This document shows, in pieces, positions 37,945 to 47,272 of a stretch of DNA of 56,825 nt; the stretch's first letter is position 1, and every line of letters starts with the position of its first letter. The stretch is taken from assembly GCA_037443035.1 (NCBI GenBank), contig JBBIPC010000019.1, positions 1 to 56,825 on the forward strand, in the 5' to 3' direction. The DNA is from Chthonomonadales bacterium. GTDB taxonomy: Bacteria; Armatimonadota; Chthonomonadetes; Chthonomonadales; CAJBBX01. A program made the position numbers and the translations under genes. The notes beneath the pieces are model-generated. The model did no database searches, was not told where the DNA came from, and saw only the letters and a program-made list of their open reading frames with translations.

Positions 37945-39591
37945 ATGGAAGCAGCTTCCCCCAGGATTTCGCCCTCTCAGACGGATGTTCCTGACCGTCG
38001 TCGCCTTACTGCGTCTACCTGGTACAGGCTCGCGTCTCAGCGCCCGCCAGCATTGCGTCGCACATTGACCGCCATCTACGGTGCGTCGTCACCTGTTGTT
38101 GAGGATCGCGTTCAGCGCATCGCACATCTGGCTGCGGCGTATCTGCAGGTATTCGGCGACAGCCCCGTAGTCGTGAGCCGCGCGCCGGGCCGAGTGAATC
38201 TCATGGGCCGCCACGTGGACCACCAGGGCGGCCACTGCAACATGCTAGCCATCGAACCTGACGTCACTGTAGTGGCGGGTTTCGCTAGCGACCGAACGCT
38301 CGTTCTCCACAACCTGAAAGCCGAGCGCTTTCCAGTGGCACGTGTGGATTTCGACGAACTCCTCGCTGGCTTCACAGGCGGTGACTGGGCAAGTTATGTG
38401 GACAGTGAAGACGCTCGAACACGGGCAAGGAAGGCGAACGGCGCATGGCACTATTACGTTCAGGCTGCCGTCGCCCGCCTACTGGCGAAGTATCCCGAGG
38501 TAGGGACCCGGGGTCTACAGGCAGTCGTGGACGGCGACATACCGATTGCCGCTGGCCTGAGTTCGTCGAGTGCGCTCGTCGTCGCAGCCATGGAGGCACT
38601 AGTCGCCCTGCATGGCCTGGCCGTGCCAGCGGCGCAGTTCGTGGAGCTATGTGCCGAAGCAGAATGGTACGTCGGCACTCGCGGCGGTGCTGGCGACCAT
38701 GCCGCGATGACGTTCGCACAACGGGACAAGGTTGTGCAGTTGGCGTTTCACCCTCTTACGCTGGAGCAATCGGCACCGTGGCCGGCGGACTACGCTCTCC
38801 TAGTCGCCGATAGCTGTCACGAAGCGCGAAAGTCAGGCGCCGCTCGTAATACGTTCAACCAACGGGTGGCGTGTTACCATCTCGCCAGGGAGATCCTGCT
38901 GCGACGTAGACCGAGGCTCCGATTCCACGTGCAGCACTTGCGCGACCTGACCCCCTCCGCGCTCGGCCTGCCGGATCACGAGGTCGTGGCGCTTCTAATG
39001 GACCTGCCGGAGTCAGTCTTCCGAGATGATGTAAGCGCCCTCGTCGACGGAGCAGTCGCCGAGAGGCTGCTGGCAACCCACGATTGTGGTGACCTGCCGT
39101 ACCGGATCCGCGGGGTGGCGCTCTTCGGATTGGCAGAGTGCGAGCGGAGTCGACGATGTGCGAATCTTCTTGTGCAAGGTGACATGATCACACTCGGTCG
39201 CTGGATGCAGATCTCCCACGATGGCGACAGGGTCTCCTCGCTCGATGGATCGTGGAAATGGCCGTACGGCATACGCTACGCCGATGAAGACGTTGCGGAC
39301 CTCGCGATGCGGTGCCGCGCTGGACACCAGCTCGTCCATGAGCCTGGTGCTTATGCGTGTAGCACGCCAGATATAGACGCCATGGTGGACCTCTTGCTTC
39401 GGGTTCCTGGCGTCGTGGGTGCTCAGCTCAGCGGTGCAGGACTGGGTGGCAGCATGATGGCGCTCATGCGCAGAGAAGCGACAGACGCTGCTCGATCCGT
39501 TCTGGAACGGGAGTACTACGGACCGCGCGGCCTAGAGCCTCGCGTCATTGTCTGCCGTCCGGTGGCTGGCTGCGGGGTTCTGCTTCCATGA
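37945..39591 (+). CDS. GHMP sugar kinase of the galactokinase family with an atypical sugar-binding motif
   Basis: APGRVNLMGRHVDHQGG, PIAAGLSSSSA, GAGDHAA, GAQLSGAGLGG. Confidence 0.88.
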   Translation: MEAASPRISPSQTDVPDRRRLTASTWYRLASQRPPALRRTLTAIYGASSPVVEDRVQRIAHLAAAYLQVFGDSPVVVSRAPGRVNLMGRHVDHQGGHCNMLAIEPDVTVVAGFASDRTLVLHNLKAERFPVARVDFDELLAGFTGGDWASYVDSEDARTRARKANGAWHYYVQAAVARLLAKYPEVGTRGLQAVVDGDIPIAAGLSSSSALVVAAMEALVALHGLAVPAAQFVELCAEAEWYVGTRGGAGDHAAMTFAQRDKVVQLAFHPLTLEQSAPWPADYALLVADSCHEARKSGAARNTFNQRVACYHLAREILLRRRPRLRFHVQHLRDLTPSALGLPDHEVVALLMDLPESVFRDDVSALVDGAVAERLLATHDCGDLPYRIRGVALFGLAECERSRRCANLLVQGDMITLGRWMQISHDGDRVSSLDGSWKWPYGIRYADEDVADLAMRCRAGHQLVHEPGAYACSTPDIDAMVDLLLRVPGVVGAQLSGAGLGGSMMALMRREATDAARSVLEREYYGPRGLEPRVIVCRPVAGCGVLLP

Positions 39592-39670
39592 CGCGTCGTC
39601 ACCGGAGCCGCGAACTCGCACATTCGCCAGAATACCGATGCTGGTCCTACCGCATGTCGGAGCCACGTGC

Positions 39671-40282
39671 GTGACCCAGGACCCGCTCGAGAGGAATCCA
39701 CCGCCCTCACCGCCGCACGTGCCGACGGACGCGGAGCTTGTTGCCGGCTGTCTTCAGGGCGACGCTAGTGCGTGGGAGCTTCTGCTCCATCGCTATGCGA
39801 ATCTCGTAAGCTCGATAGCCCTCCGATCGGGACTATCCAGGGATGACGCAGCCGACGTATTCCAGCTTGTGAGCATGTCCTTGTTGGACCACATCCAAGA
39901 CTTACGCGACGCCAGTCGGCTCGGTGCCTGGATTGCCACCACAGCACGCCGCCATGCCCTGCGCATCAAGGAACGCGAAAAGCGTCAGTGCTCACGCATA
40001 TCGAGCGAAGAACTGCGCCAAGGCGCTGAGCATGCCAGCGCCTCGACGGAAAGCATTGACGATGCCTTGATCGCCTGGCGCGACCAACAACTGGTCCAAG
40101 AAGCTATGGCGCGTCTTTCGCCCCGTTGCCAGCGCTTGCTGGAATTGCTGTTTGCCGAAGGCGAGAGCGTCAGCTATGCGGACATTGCCGAGAGACTGCA
40201 TATGCCCGTTGGCAGCATCGGGCCCACACGTGCACGTTGCTTGGAACGCCTAAGACGCATTCTGGAGGAGCTCGGTTTCTAA
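39671..40282 (+). CDS. ECF RNA polymerase sigma factor
   Basis: DAELV..C..GD..AWE.L, DAADVFQ, AWI, L.PRCQ.LL, SY..IA..L..PVGSIGPTRARCL. GTG start behind GGAG. Confidence 0.9.
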   Translation: MTQDPLERNPPPSPPHVPTDAELVAGCLQGDASAWELLLHRYANLVSSIALRSGLSRDDAADVFQLVSMSLLDHIQDLRDASRLGAWIATTARRHALRIKEREKRQCSRISSEELRQGAEHASASTESIDDALIAWRDQQLVQEAMARLSPRCQRLLELLFAEGESVSYADIAERLHMPVGSIGPTRARCLERLRRILEELGF

Positions 40283-40338
40283 GCCGGGCGATGCGTCTTC
40301 CTACCGAGCGATGACTTGCTTACGTTCGAGGAGGAACC

Positions 40339-41034
40339 ATGACCATATCCGTTCAGCAGCTCGCGAAGATGATCGATCACTCGTTGCTCCAACCATTCCT
40401 GACGGACGAAGAGCTGGAGCGTGGGATCCGGCTCGCCATAGACTACGATGTGGCCAGCGTATGCATCAAGCCATACTATCTAGGCCGGTGCGCCCAGGCG
40501 CTTCGGGGCACGTCTGTGGCACCGAGCACCACCATCGGCTTTCCACATGGCGGCCATACCACCGCTGTGAAAGTAGCCGAGGCGGAACAGGCACTTGAGC
40601 ACGGCGGCAAGGAACTGGACATGGTGGTGAACATAGGCAAGGTGCTCAGCGGCGATTGGAGCTACGTGCAGGACGACATTGCCGCCGTCGTGGAGGTCGC
40701 TCACACCGCTGGTGCCATCGTCAAGGTCATCTTCGAGAATTGCTATCTCAGCGATGAGCAGAAGATACGGCTCTGTTACATTTGCGGCGAGGTCAAAGCC
40801 GATTTCGCTAAGACGTCTACGGGTTACGGTACCGGAGGAGCTACTCTGGAAGACCTTCGCCTCATGCGTCAGCATTGTCCGCCGCACGTCCAGGTCAAGG
40901 CAGCTGGCGGCGTGAGAACTCTGGAAGCGCTTCTAGAGGTGCGCGCGGCCGGAGCTACGCGATGTGGCGCTACGGCGACCGCCGCGATCTTGGAGGAAGC
41001 CAAGCGGCGTTTCCCCTTCACGGCGAGCGCGTAG
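40339..41034 (+). CDS. deoC: Deoxyribose-phosphate aldolase
   Basis: IDHSLL, IGFPHG, ELDMV, KVIFE, KTSTG, KAAGGVR. Confidence 0.96.
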   Translation: MTISVQQLAKMIDHSLLQPFLTDEELERGIRLAIDYDVASVCIKPYYLGRCAQALRGTSVAPSTTIGFPHGGHTTAVKVAEAEQALEHGGKELDMVVNIGKVLSGDWSYVQDDIAAVVEVAHTAGAIVKVIFENCYLSDEQKIRLCYICGEVKADFAKTSTGYGTGGATLEDLRLMRQHCPPHVQVKAAGGVRTLEALLEVRAAGATRCGATATAAILEEAKRRFPFTASA

Positions 41035-41071
41035 CGCCACTTCGCGTTCGATCTCGGCGCTAAAGTGGGGC

Positions 41072-41356
41072 CTAATGCGCGGCCTTCTGCTTCTTTAACG
41101 CCAGAGCAATCTTTTTCTGCTTCTCAGCTTTGGAGAGCTTGTCGAACGCTGGCTTGCATCCGGGGCAGCAGAAGTGCACCCGATACTTTCCGACGGTGGA
41201 GGTGCCGCCGCCAGCGCCCTTGACAGGCTCCATCTTGATGGGGCAAACGTTGACATCTACGACCTTGGGGGCATTGCCGGACTGCTTGGGGCCCGCCACA
41301 GCCACGGTTGCCAACAGAAGCGCGGCTGCCAGGACTGCGAGAGTTCGCTGAAGCAT
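41072..41356 (-). CDS. Small secreted YHS/TRASH-like metal-binding protein
   Basis: AAGGAGG RBS, signal peptide, CPI..PV..FCCPGCK..F. Confidence 0.75.
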   Translation of the reverse strand: MLQRTLAVLAAALLLATVAVAGPKQSGNAPKVVDVNVCPIKMEPVKGAGGGTSTVGKYRVHFCCPGCKPAFDKLSKAEKQKKIALALKKQKAAH

Positions 41357-41468
41357 CCGTTCTCCTCCTTCGAGGTATTGGGGTCGCACGGTCGTCGCCG
41401 ACACACACGACACTTCCTATTCGTTAGCTGCGCTAGGTTTTGTTCCCGGTTCGCAAGTCGGCGCAGGC

Positions 41469-41498
41469 TTGACAGATCGCCGGTGCAGGTCCTAGAAT
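41469..41498 (+). promoter_or_regulatory. Sigma70 promoter of dnaE
   Basis: TTGACA-18 bp-TAGAAT. Confidence 0.75.
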
Positions 41499-41504
41499 AG
41501 CCTG

Positions 41505-41552
41505 ACACTACATCTAGGGCTGCTCCAGGCTCTGAGTGTCCATATCTTGTGA
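41505..41552 (+). promoter_or_regulatory. Tandem NrdR-box-like operators
   Basis: ACACTACATCTAGGGC (41505-41520) and TGTCCATATCTTGTGA (41537-41552), offset by 32 bp; consensus acaCwAtATaTwGtg. Confidence 0.7.
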
Positions 41553-41610
41553 TGTCGTCACCGGTTCCAGTTGGAGAGACCTACACACCGACGAGGATCT
41601 CACCGCACGC

Positions 41611-44600
41611 ATGTCGCACGCGCAGTTTGTACATCTTCACACCCACTCGGATTACTCCCTGTTAGATGGAGCTGCTCGCCTGGACTTGTTGGTCAAGCGC
41701 GCTGCCGACATGGATATGCCCGCACTGGCACTCACCGACCACGGTGCCATGTATGGGGCCATAGATTTCTACATCGCCTGCAGAGCAGCCGGCATCAAGC
41801 CCATCACTGGGATGGAAGCCTACCTGGCCCCAGCCGGTCGGCTCGCCCGCGGTTCGCAGGAGGCTCGCAAGAACCGTCATGTAACCCTCCTGGCAGCCGA
41901 CAGAGAAGGTTACCGTAACTTGCTCCAGTTGGCGACACTCGCCAGCCTCGAAGGGTTCTACGACAGACCACGCATCGACCGAGAGGATCTAGCGTCCCAC
42001 TGCCGTGGCCTCATCGTCCTCAGTGGTTGCATAAGCGGCGAGCTATGCGTGAAGCTGCTCGAGCACGATTACCAGGGTGCGCTGGGCATCGCCGGCACGT
42101 ACAAGGACATCTTCGGGCCGGACCACTACTTCATCGAGCTTCAGAACCACGGTCTCGACCGTCAAGCCGTGGTGAATGACGGCCTGCGCCGCATAGCGCG
42201 GGAGCTTGGGCTGAAGACAGTATGCACCAACGATGTGCACTATCTCACCCAGCAGGACGCCTACGCGCATGAGGTGCTCCTATGCATCGGTACCGGGAAG
42301 ACGATGCAGGACCCAGACCACATGCGTTACGACTCCGATCAGTTCTATCTCAAGTCTGCCGAGGAGATGTCGCTCGCGTTTCCCGATGACGGCGACGCGA
42401 TCGCCCGGACAGCGGAGATCGCTGAGCGGTGCAACCTCGAGCTGGAGTTCAATCGGACGGACTTGCCGCAGCCGGATATTCCGGAGGGAATGTCTGCCCA
42501 GGAGTACCTCAATAAGCTCGCCTGGGAAGGGCTGGAACGGCGCATCGCACGCCCGACCGATGGGCACCGTAACCGGCTGCGCCACGAGCTCTCGGTTATC
42601 GAGAAGACCGGGTTCGCCGAGTACATCCTCATCGTTCGGGACTTCGCAGCCTTCGCCCGCAAACAGGGGATTCTGTTCGGTGTGCGTGGTTCGGCTGCGG
42701 GTTCTCTCACCTCCTACTGCGTCGAAATCACAGACGTAGACCCCGTCCACTATGACCTCACCTTCGAGCGGTTCCTCAACCCTGAACGAGCCGAGATGCC
42801 CGACATTGACATGGACTTCGAGGATGGCCGCCGCGCTGAGGTCATCGAGTACGTGACGCAGAAGTACGGACCCGAGCATGTTGCCCAGATCGCTACCTTC
42901 GGTACGTTGCAGCCGAAGCAGGTCGTCAAGGACGCCGGCCGCGCCCTGGGGTTGCCGTTCAGCCTTGTCAACAGGGTGGCCGGGCTTATCCCGGCGCAGG
43001 GTGCACACCTGACCCTTGCCGAGGCAGTGGACAAGGTCGGCGAGCTGAAGCGTCTGTATGAGACCGATACGTCAGTCCACAGGCTCATTGACACCGCGCA
43101 GCGTCTCGAGGGTCTGGCACGCCACACATCCATTCATGCCGCAGGGATCGTGATATCCAGGACACCTCTCGTCGAGCACACGCCGCTCCGGCGAACGGCC
43201 GAGGGTAACGCTCGTCAGACGCAGTACCCTGCACCGGCTCTTGCCAAGATCGGCCTCCTCAAGATGGACTTTCTCGGCCTCATCAACTTGTCCATTCTGG
43301 GACGCAGTCTCGAGAATGTCCGGCGCGTACGAGGTGTGCAGCTCTCTCTCGATAGTATCCCACTCGAAGATAAAGCGACATTCGAGCTTCTCGGACGCGG
43401 CGAAACGGTGGGAGTATTCCAACTAGAGAGCAGCGGCATGCGCCGCTATATCCGCGCACTCAAACCCACGTCCGTGAACGATCTGGCGGCCATGGTGGCT
43501 CTCTACAGGCCCGGTCCTATGGAGAGCATCCCGGAGTTCATCGCCGCAAAGCATGGGCGGAAGGAGGTCCGTTTTCTGCACCCCCGCCTGGAACCTCTCC
43601 TAGCCGAGACCTATGGCGTCATCGTCTATCAGGATCAGGTTCTCACGGTTGTTCGGGAGATCGGCGGGTTTACCATGGGTCAGGCGGATCTCTTTCGAAG
43701 GGCGATAAGCAAGAAAATCCAGAGCGATATTGACCGCATGCACGATCAGTTCTTGGAGGGTGCTGTAAGGCAGGGCATTAGCGAGAATGTCGCCGAGAGA
43801 ATCTACGACCTCATCAAGCCGTTCGCGGGCTACGGCTTCAACAAAGCCCATGCTGTCTGCTACGCACTCGTGGCGTACCAGACGGCGTACTTGAAGGCCC
43901 ACTACCCGGTCGAGTACATGGCTGCGCTGCTCGCCTGCTATGCGGGCAAAGCCGACAAGATGGCCGTCGGTCTGGCCGAATGCAAGCGCATGGGCATCTG
44001 CGTTCTGGGTCCGGACATCAACGCCAGCGCGTGCGACTTCGCTCCTGAGGGCAGCGCCATTCGCTACGGATTGGCCGATATCAAGAACGTAGGAAGGGCA
44101 GTGGCCGAGGCGATCGTGGCCGAGCGGGACGCGCGTGGTCCCTTCCAGTCTTTGCAGGACTTCTGCAAACGGCTCTACGCCGCAGCAAGCATCACCAGGC
44201 TCACCGTCGAGACCCTCGTTAGATGCGGCGCGTTCGATACGCTCCATCCCAACCGCCGCGCCATGTTCGAATGCATTCCAGACGCACTCGCCTTTGCCGC
44301 GTCCGTGCGTCGCAGCGCTGAAATGGGCCATGCCAGCCTATTCGGCGACGACGAGATATCCAGCGAACCAGTGCTGCCCATTTCCGATGCCGGTCCGGAT
44401 TTCCCCGTGCAAGAGCGCCTGAAACATGAGCGTGACTTGCTCGGTGTGTTCCTGTCCGGCCATCCGCTCGAGAAGATGCCTGACCTCGCGAACGACCCGT
44501 CTATAGCTCGGGCTGCAGAGCTGCGCGAGATGAGCGACGGCGAGACAGTAACTGTCGCGGGCATCGTCGCGGATGTGCGGCAATTGACGACGCGCCTCAA

Positions 44601-45057
44601 GCAGCCGATGGCCTATGCGAGGCTCGAGGATCTCACAGGACCCATAGCGGTCACGTGCTTCCCCAAGGTCTATGCTGCCTACCGCGACGCCCTAGTAGAG
44701 GACGCTGTGGTACGGGTATCGGGCAGGATCAGCGCTCGCGAATCCGATAGTTCGAGCGACGGTGGCGACAGCAGCGTGGAAATCATCGCTGACCGCATCG
44801 AGCGGATTCAGTGGGAGGAGTCACATCGGACGAGCCGTAAGGCCCTCCACATCCGTGTGACCGGCGAGATCCAGTCGCGCCTCCGGCTCTTGCGCTCCGT
44901 CTTGGACATGTATCCTGGCGATAGCTCCGTGTTCGTTCATGTTGCGACGGACACGGGCGGCGGCACGATCCGCAGCAGCGTTCACGTGGACCGCAGACCG
45001 GAGCTCCTCGAGGCCCTCGAGAGACTACTGGGTCCTCAGTCCGTCTGGCAGGAGTAG
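41611..45057 (+). CDS. dnaE: DNA polymerase III alpha subunit
   Basis: PHP domain FVHLHTHSDYSLLDG, RGSAAGS, FERFLNPER..MPDIDMDF, KMDFLGL, YGFNKAHA, OB fold and C-terminal domain. Confidence 0.98.
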   Translation: MSHAQFVHLHTHSDYSLLDGAARLDLLVKRAADMDMPALALTDHGAMYGAIDFYIACRAAGIKPITGMEAYLAPAGRLARGSQEARKNRHVTLLAADREGYRNLLQLATLASLEGFYDRPRIDREDLASHCRGLIVLSGCISGELCVKLLEHDYQGALGIAGTYKDIFGPDHYFIELQNHGLDRQAVVNDGLRRIARELGLKTVCTNDVHYLTQQDAYAHEVLLCIGTGKTMQDPDHMRYDSDQFYLKSAEEMSLAFPDDGDAIARTAEIAERCNLELEFNRTDLPQPDIPEGMSAQEYLNKLAWEGLERRIARPTDGHRNRLRHELSVIEKTGFAEYILIVRDFAAFARKQGILFGVRGSAAGSLTSYCVEITDVDPVHYDLTFERFLNPERAEMPDIDMDFEDGRRAEVIEYVTQKYGPEHVAQIATFGTLQPKQVVKDAGRALGLPFSLVNRVAGLIPAQGAHLTLAEAVDKVGELKRLYETDTSVHRLIDTAQRLEGLARHTSIHAAGIVISRTPLVEHTPLRRTAEGNARQTQYPAPALAKIGLLKMDFLGLINLSILGRSLENVRRVRGVQLSLDSIPLEDKATFELLGRGETVGVFQLESSGMRRYIRALKPTSVNDLAAMVALYRPGPMESIPEFIAAKHGRKEVRFLHPRLEPLLAETYGVIVYQDQVLTVVREIGGFTMGQADLFRRAISKKIQSDIDRMHDQFLEGAVRQGISENVAERIYDLIKPFAGYGFNKAHAVCYALVAYQTAYLKAHYPVEYMAALLACYAGKADKMAVGLAECKRMGICVLGPDINASACDFAPEGSAIRYGLADIKNVGRAVAEAIVAERDARGPFQSLQDFCKRLYAAASITRLTVETLVRCGAFDTLHPNRRAMFECIPDALAFAASVRRSAEMGHASLFGDDEISSEPVLPISDAGPDFPVQERLKHERDLLGVFLSGHPLEKMPDLANDPSIARAAELREMSDGETVTVAGIVADVRQLTTRLKQPMAYARLEDLTGPIAVTCFPKVYAAYRDALVEDAVVRVSGRISARESDSSSDGGDSSVEIIADRIERIQWEESHRTSRKALHIRVTGEIQSRLRLLRSVLDMYPGDSSVFVHVATDTGGGTIRSSVHVDRRPELLEALERLLGPQSVWQE

Positions 45058-45137
45058 CCCGCACAGGCAGTCTGCGCGTGGTAAGCTCATGGCATCGGAC
45101 TTAGCTTCTGCGGCATTCGTTCAGACGAGAGGAGGCT

Positions 45138-46217
45138 ATGGTGTCATCGAACCGTGGCGGCGCACCGCCAGAGATGCTGCGCAAGGACTTCGCCATCCTC
45201 GATTCGCGGGAGACCCTGCGCACGAACTGGGCCATCGAGGAGATACTATTGATCCAGTCGGTCCAGGGTCACGCACACGAAGGCCACGGGATCTTTCGCG
45301 GCCACCGTTTCCCCAATACGACGCTGGACGACGTTGTCCAGGCACTTAGGCGCGATACGACGGCCGTCAAGGGAGCGCGCCAGGCTCTGATAGACGAAGT
45401 GAGAGGCTATGCAAGGAGCGCCGTCATAGGATCCGGCCAGGCAGCGCTCGTGGATGATCTGGGCAATCCGCTCCTAGGCGTTTCTACGCTTCGTTTCCTG
45501 CGCGTGAACCCGCTGGACGTGCTGCGTGGCCTGTACCTCGGTGGGCTCCGGGACGATCCGGACTTGAGGGCGGAGACCGAAGCCGAGACTGGACTGCGTA
45601 TCGGAGGCGGGCGCAGCTACCATGTCGATTTCGCTGTTCTCGATGAACTTGGGCTGACAGCCGATGACCTTGCGCACGGAGAATGGGCAGGTCGGATCGA
45701 CGACTTCCGCGAGCGTGGACTCATCGTCGAGGGCCGCGACGCGGAGAGACGCACCGTGCACTATCAATACGTCCGTCACCGCAGAGGCTGTGGCGCTTCA
45801 GATGACGCTGCCATCGTTGGTGCCGGGTTCGTCTGGGGGCTGGGCGTTGCGCTGGGGGTGTTCTTAGCCGATGCGGTGGACACTCTGGAAAAGTACGTGC
45901 CTCGGTACAGTGACCAGGACGAAGACATCGCCATGGAGATCGAGCACGAAATGCCGGACCTCGGCGTCGCACGACACGACGTGAAACGTCTTATCCGGAT
46001 CGCCGTCGGTGACGATGGGAACGGCAAGGATCTGCCAGATAGCTCCCTCCGCCATCTGCTCTCCGTAGATCGAGACACAGATCTTTGTGCCCTGGAGGCC
46101 CACATCTTGGCGGTGCAGGGGACGCCCGCTCCCACTATAGGGCTGGGTCATGACCGCGTCCCGAGTGACCGGTTCTACGAGACGATCCGCGAGCGTGCAC
46201 AGAGAGTCGGCGCATGA
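45138..46217 (+). CDS. Hypothetical protein
   Basis: AGGAGG RBS, 359 aa, protein-like composition; family not recognised. Confidence 0.75.
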   Translation: MVSSNRGGAPPEMLRKDFAILDSRETLRTNWAIEEILLIQSVQGHAHEGHGIFRGHRFPNTTLDDVVQALRRDTTAVKGARQALIDEVRGYARSAVIGSGQAALVDDLGNPLLGVSTLRFLRVNPLDVLRGLYLGGLRDDPDLRAETEAETGLRIGGGRSYHVDFAVLDELGLTADDLAHGEWAGRIDDFRERGLIVEGRDAERRTVHYQYVRHRRGCGASDDAAIVGAGFVWGLGVALGVFLADAVDTLEKYVPRYSDQDEDIAMEIEHEMPDLGVARHDVKRLIRIAVGDDGNGKDLPDSSLRHLLSVDRDTDLCALEAHILAVQGTPAPTIGLGHDRVPSDRFYETIRERAQRVGA

Positions 46218-47137
46218 GGCCTTGCTCGACTCTGTTGTGCATCCTGTTGGTTGCAGGCGTAGCTGCCGCTTGGGAACCTGCGCAAGTCGAGCCGGACGCA
46301 CGCCGGGTCCTCCAGGAAATGGTACGCGCTTACCGTGGTCTCCGATCTCTGGAGATGGAGACGAAATACTACGGTGACTCCGGCGGGTTCAACAAGCCCG
46401 TACGCTCCAGACTGGTATTCCAGCGCCCCAATCGCCTCCTCTACGAGGTCTGGCAGAATGTCCTAGGAATGGGGCGGACGACGGTCAAGCGATACCTGTG
46501 TGACGGTCGCCATTTCTATGTCTACGATGAAGCGGAGCAGTACTACACGCGCGACAAAGCACCCAGGGATTTCAAAGGCCTGGGGCTGTTGGGAGCCGGT
46601 ATCGAGTTTGTAGCGATCTCGGGCATGAATCCTTTCGCCAATCTCGAGCAGCAGGTCCGAGCAGCTCGTCTCAGCGGTACAGCCGAAGTCAATGGCGAGA
46701 TGGCGGATGTCGTCGTGCTGGACTCCGGAACGGCCGACCGCACTGGTGAGGCACGATTCTACATCTCGCGGACGCACCGGCTCATACTGCGCTTCAGCTT
46801 CGAGTCCGTTCCTCTCTCCAAGCCGGCGCAGCACTACGTGCCTCCCCCGGAACCTCTGAATCCTGACGACCCGCCGGAACAAGAGCTCAAACCGTTGCCG
46901 GTCAAGTTTGGCTACGACAATCAGGCGAGCATCAACCCTCGGGTGCCTGCTTCCGTGTTCGCGTGGACCACACCGCCTGGCTCGCTGCTGTACGAACCCC
47001 TGAACCAAATGCTCGACCGACGCAATGCCATGGACAGACCAGCCTACGTGATCGTCGGCAAGGACGGGAAGCCGGTCAAGCCGGTGACTTACCGACAGCT
47101 GTTGGAAATGGCGCGAAAGAGAACCCGCAACAAGTAG
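46214..47137 (+). CDS. Secreted LolA-like (DUF2092-like) protein
   Basis: Signal peptide, VLQEM..AY..LRSL, FQRPNRL, CDG..FYVYD..QY, F.WTTPPG. ATGA overlap with the upstream gene. Confidence 0.72.
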   Translation: MRPCSTLLCILLVAGVAAAWEPAQVEPDARRVLQEMVRAYRGLRSLEMETKYYGDSGGFNKPVRSRLVFQRPNRLLYEVWQNVLGMGRTTVKRYLCDGRHFYVYDEAEQYYTRDKAPRDFKGLGLLGAGIEFVAISGMNPFANLEQQVRAARLSGTAEVNGEMADVVVLDSGTADRTGEARFYISRTHRLILRFSFESVPLSKPAQHYVPPPEPLNPDDPPEQELKPLPVKFGYDNQASINPRVPASVFAWTTPPGSLLYEPLNQMLDRRNAMDRPAYVIVGKDGKPVKPVTYRQLLEMARKRTRNK

Positions 47138-47272
47138 CGACATGTGCACCTCGCCGCGGGCTTTCATGAAACCACTGCTGTCTGGCGACCGTCTACGGAA
47201 ATGCGCGCGGACCAGCCGTGAGCCCCCTGACGCCTCAGTACGTGTGAGCCGCTCGTACGCTGAAGAACCTGC

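Noticed and set aside
41611..45057. Error-prone DnaE2 or intein-containing polymerase
   Set aside because: Normal length, intact PHP motifs and C-terminal domain, no imuA/imuB nearby, no intein-sized insertion.
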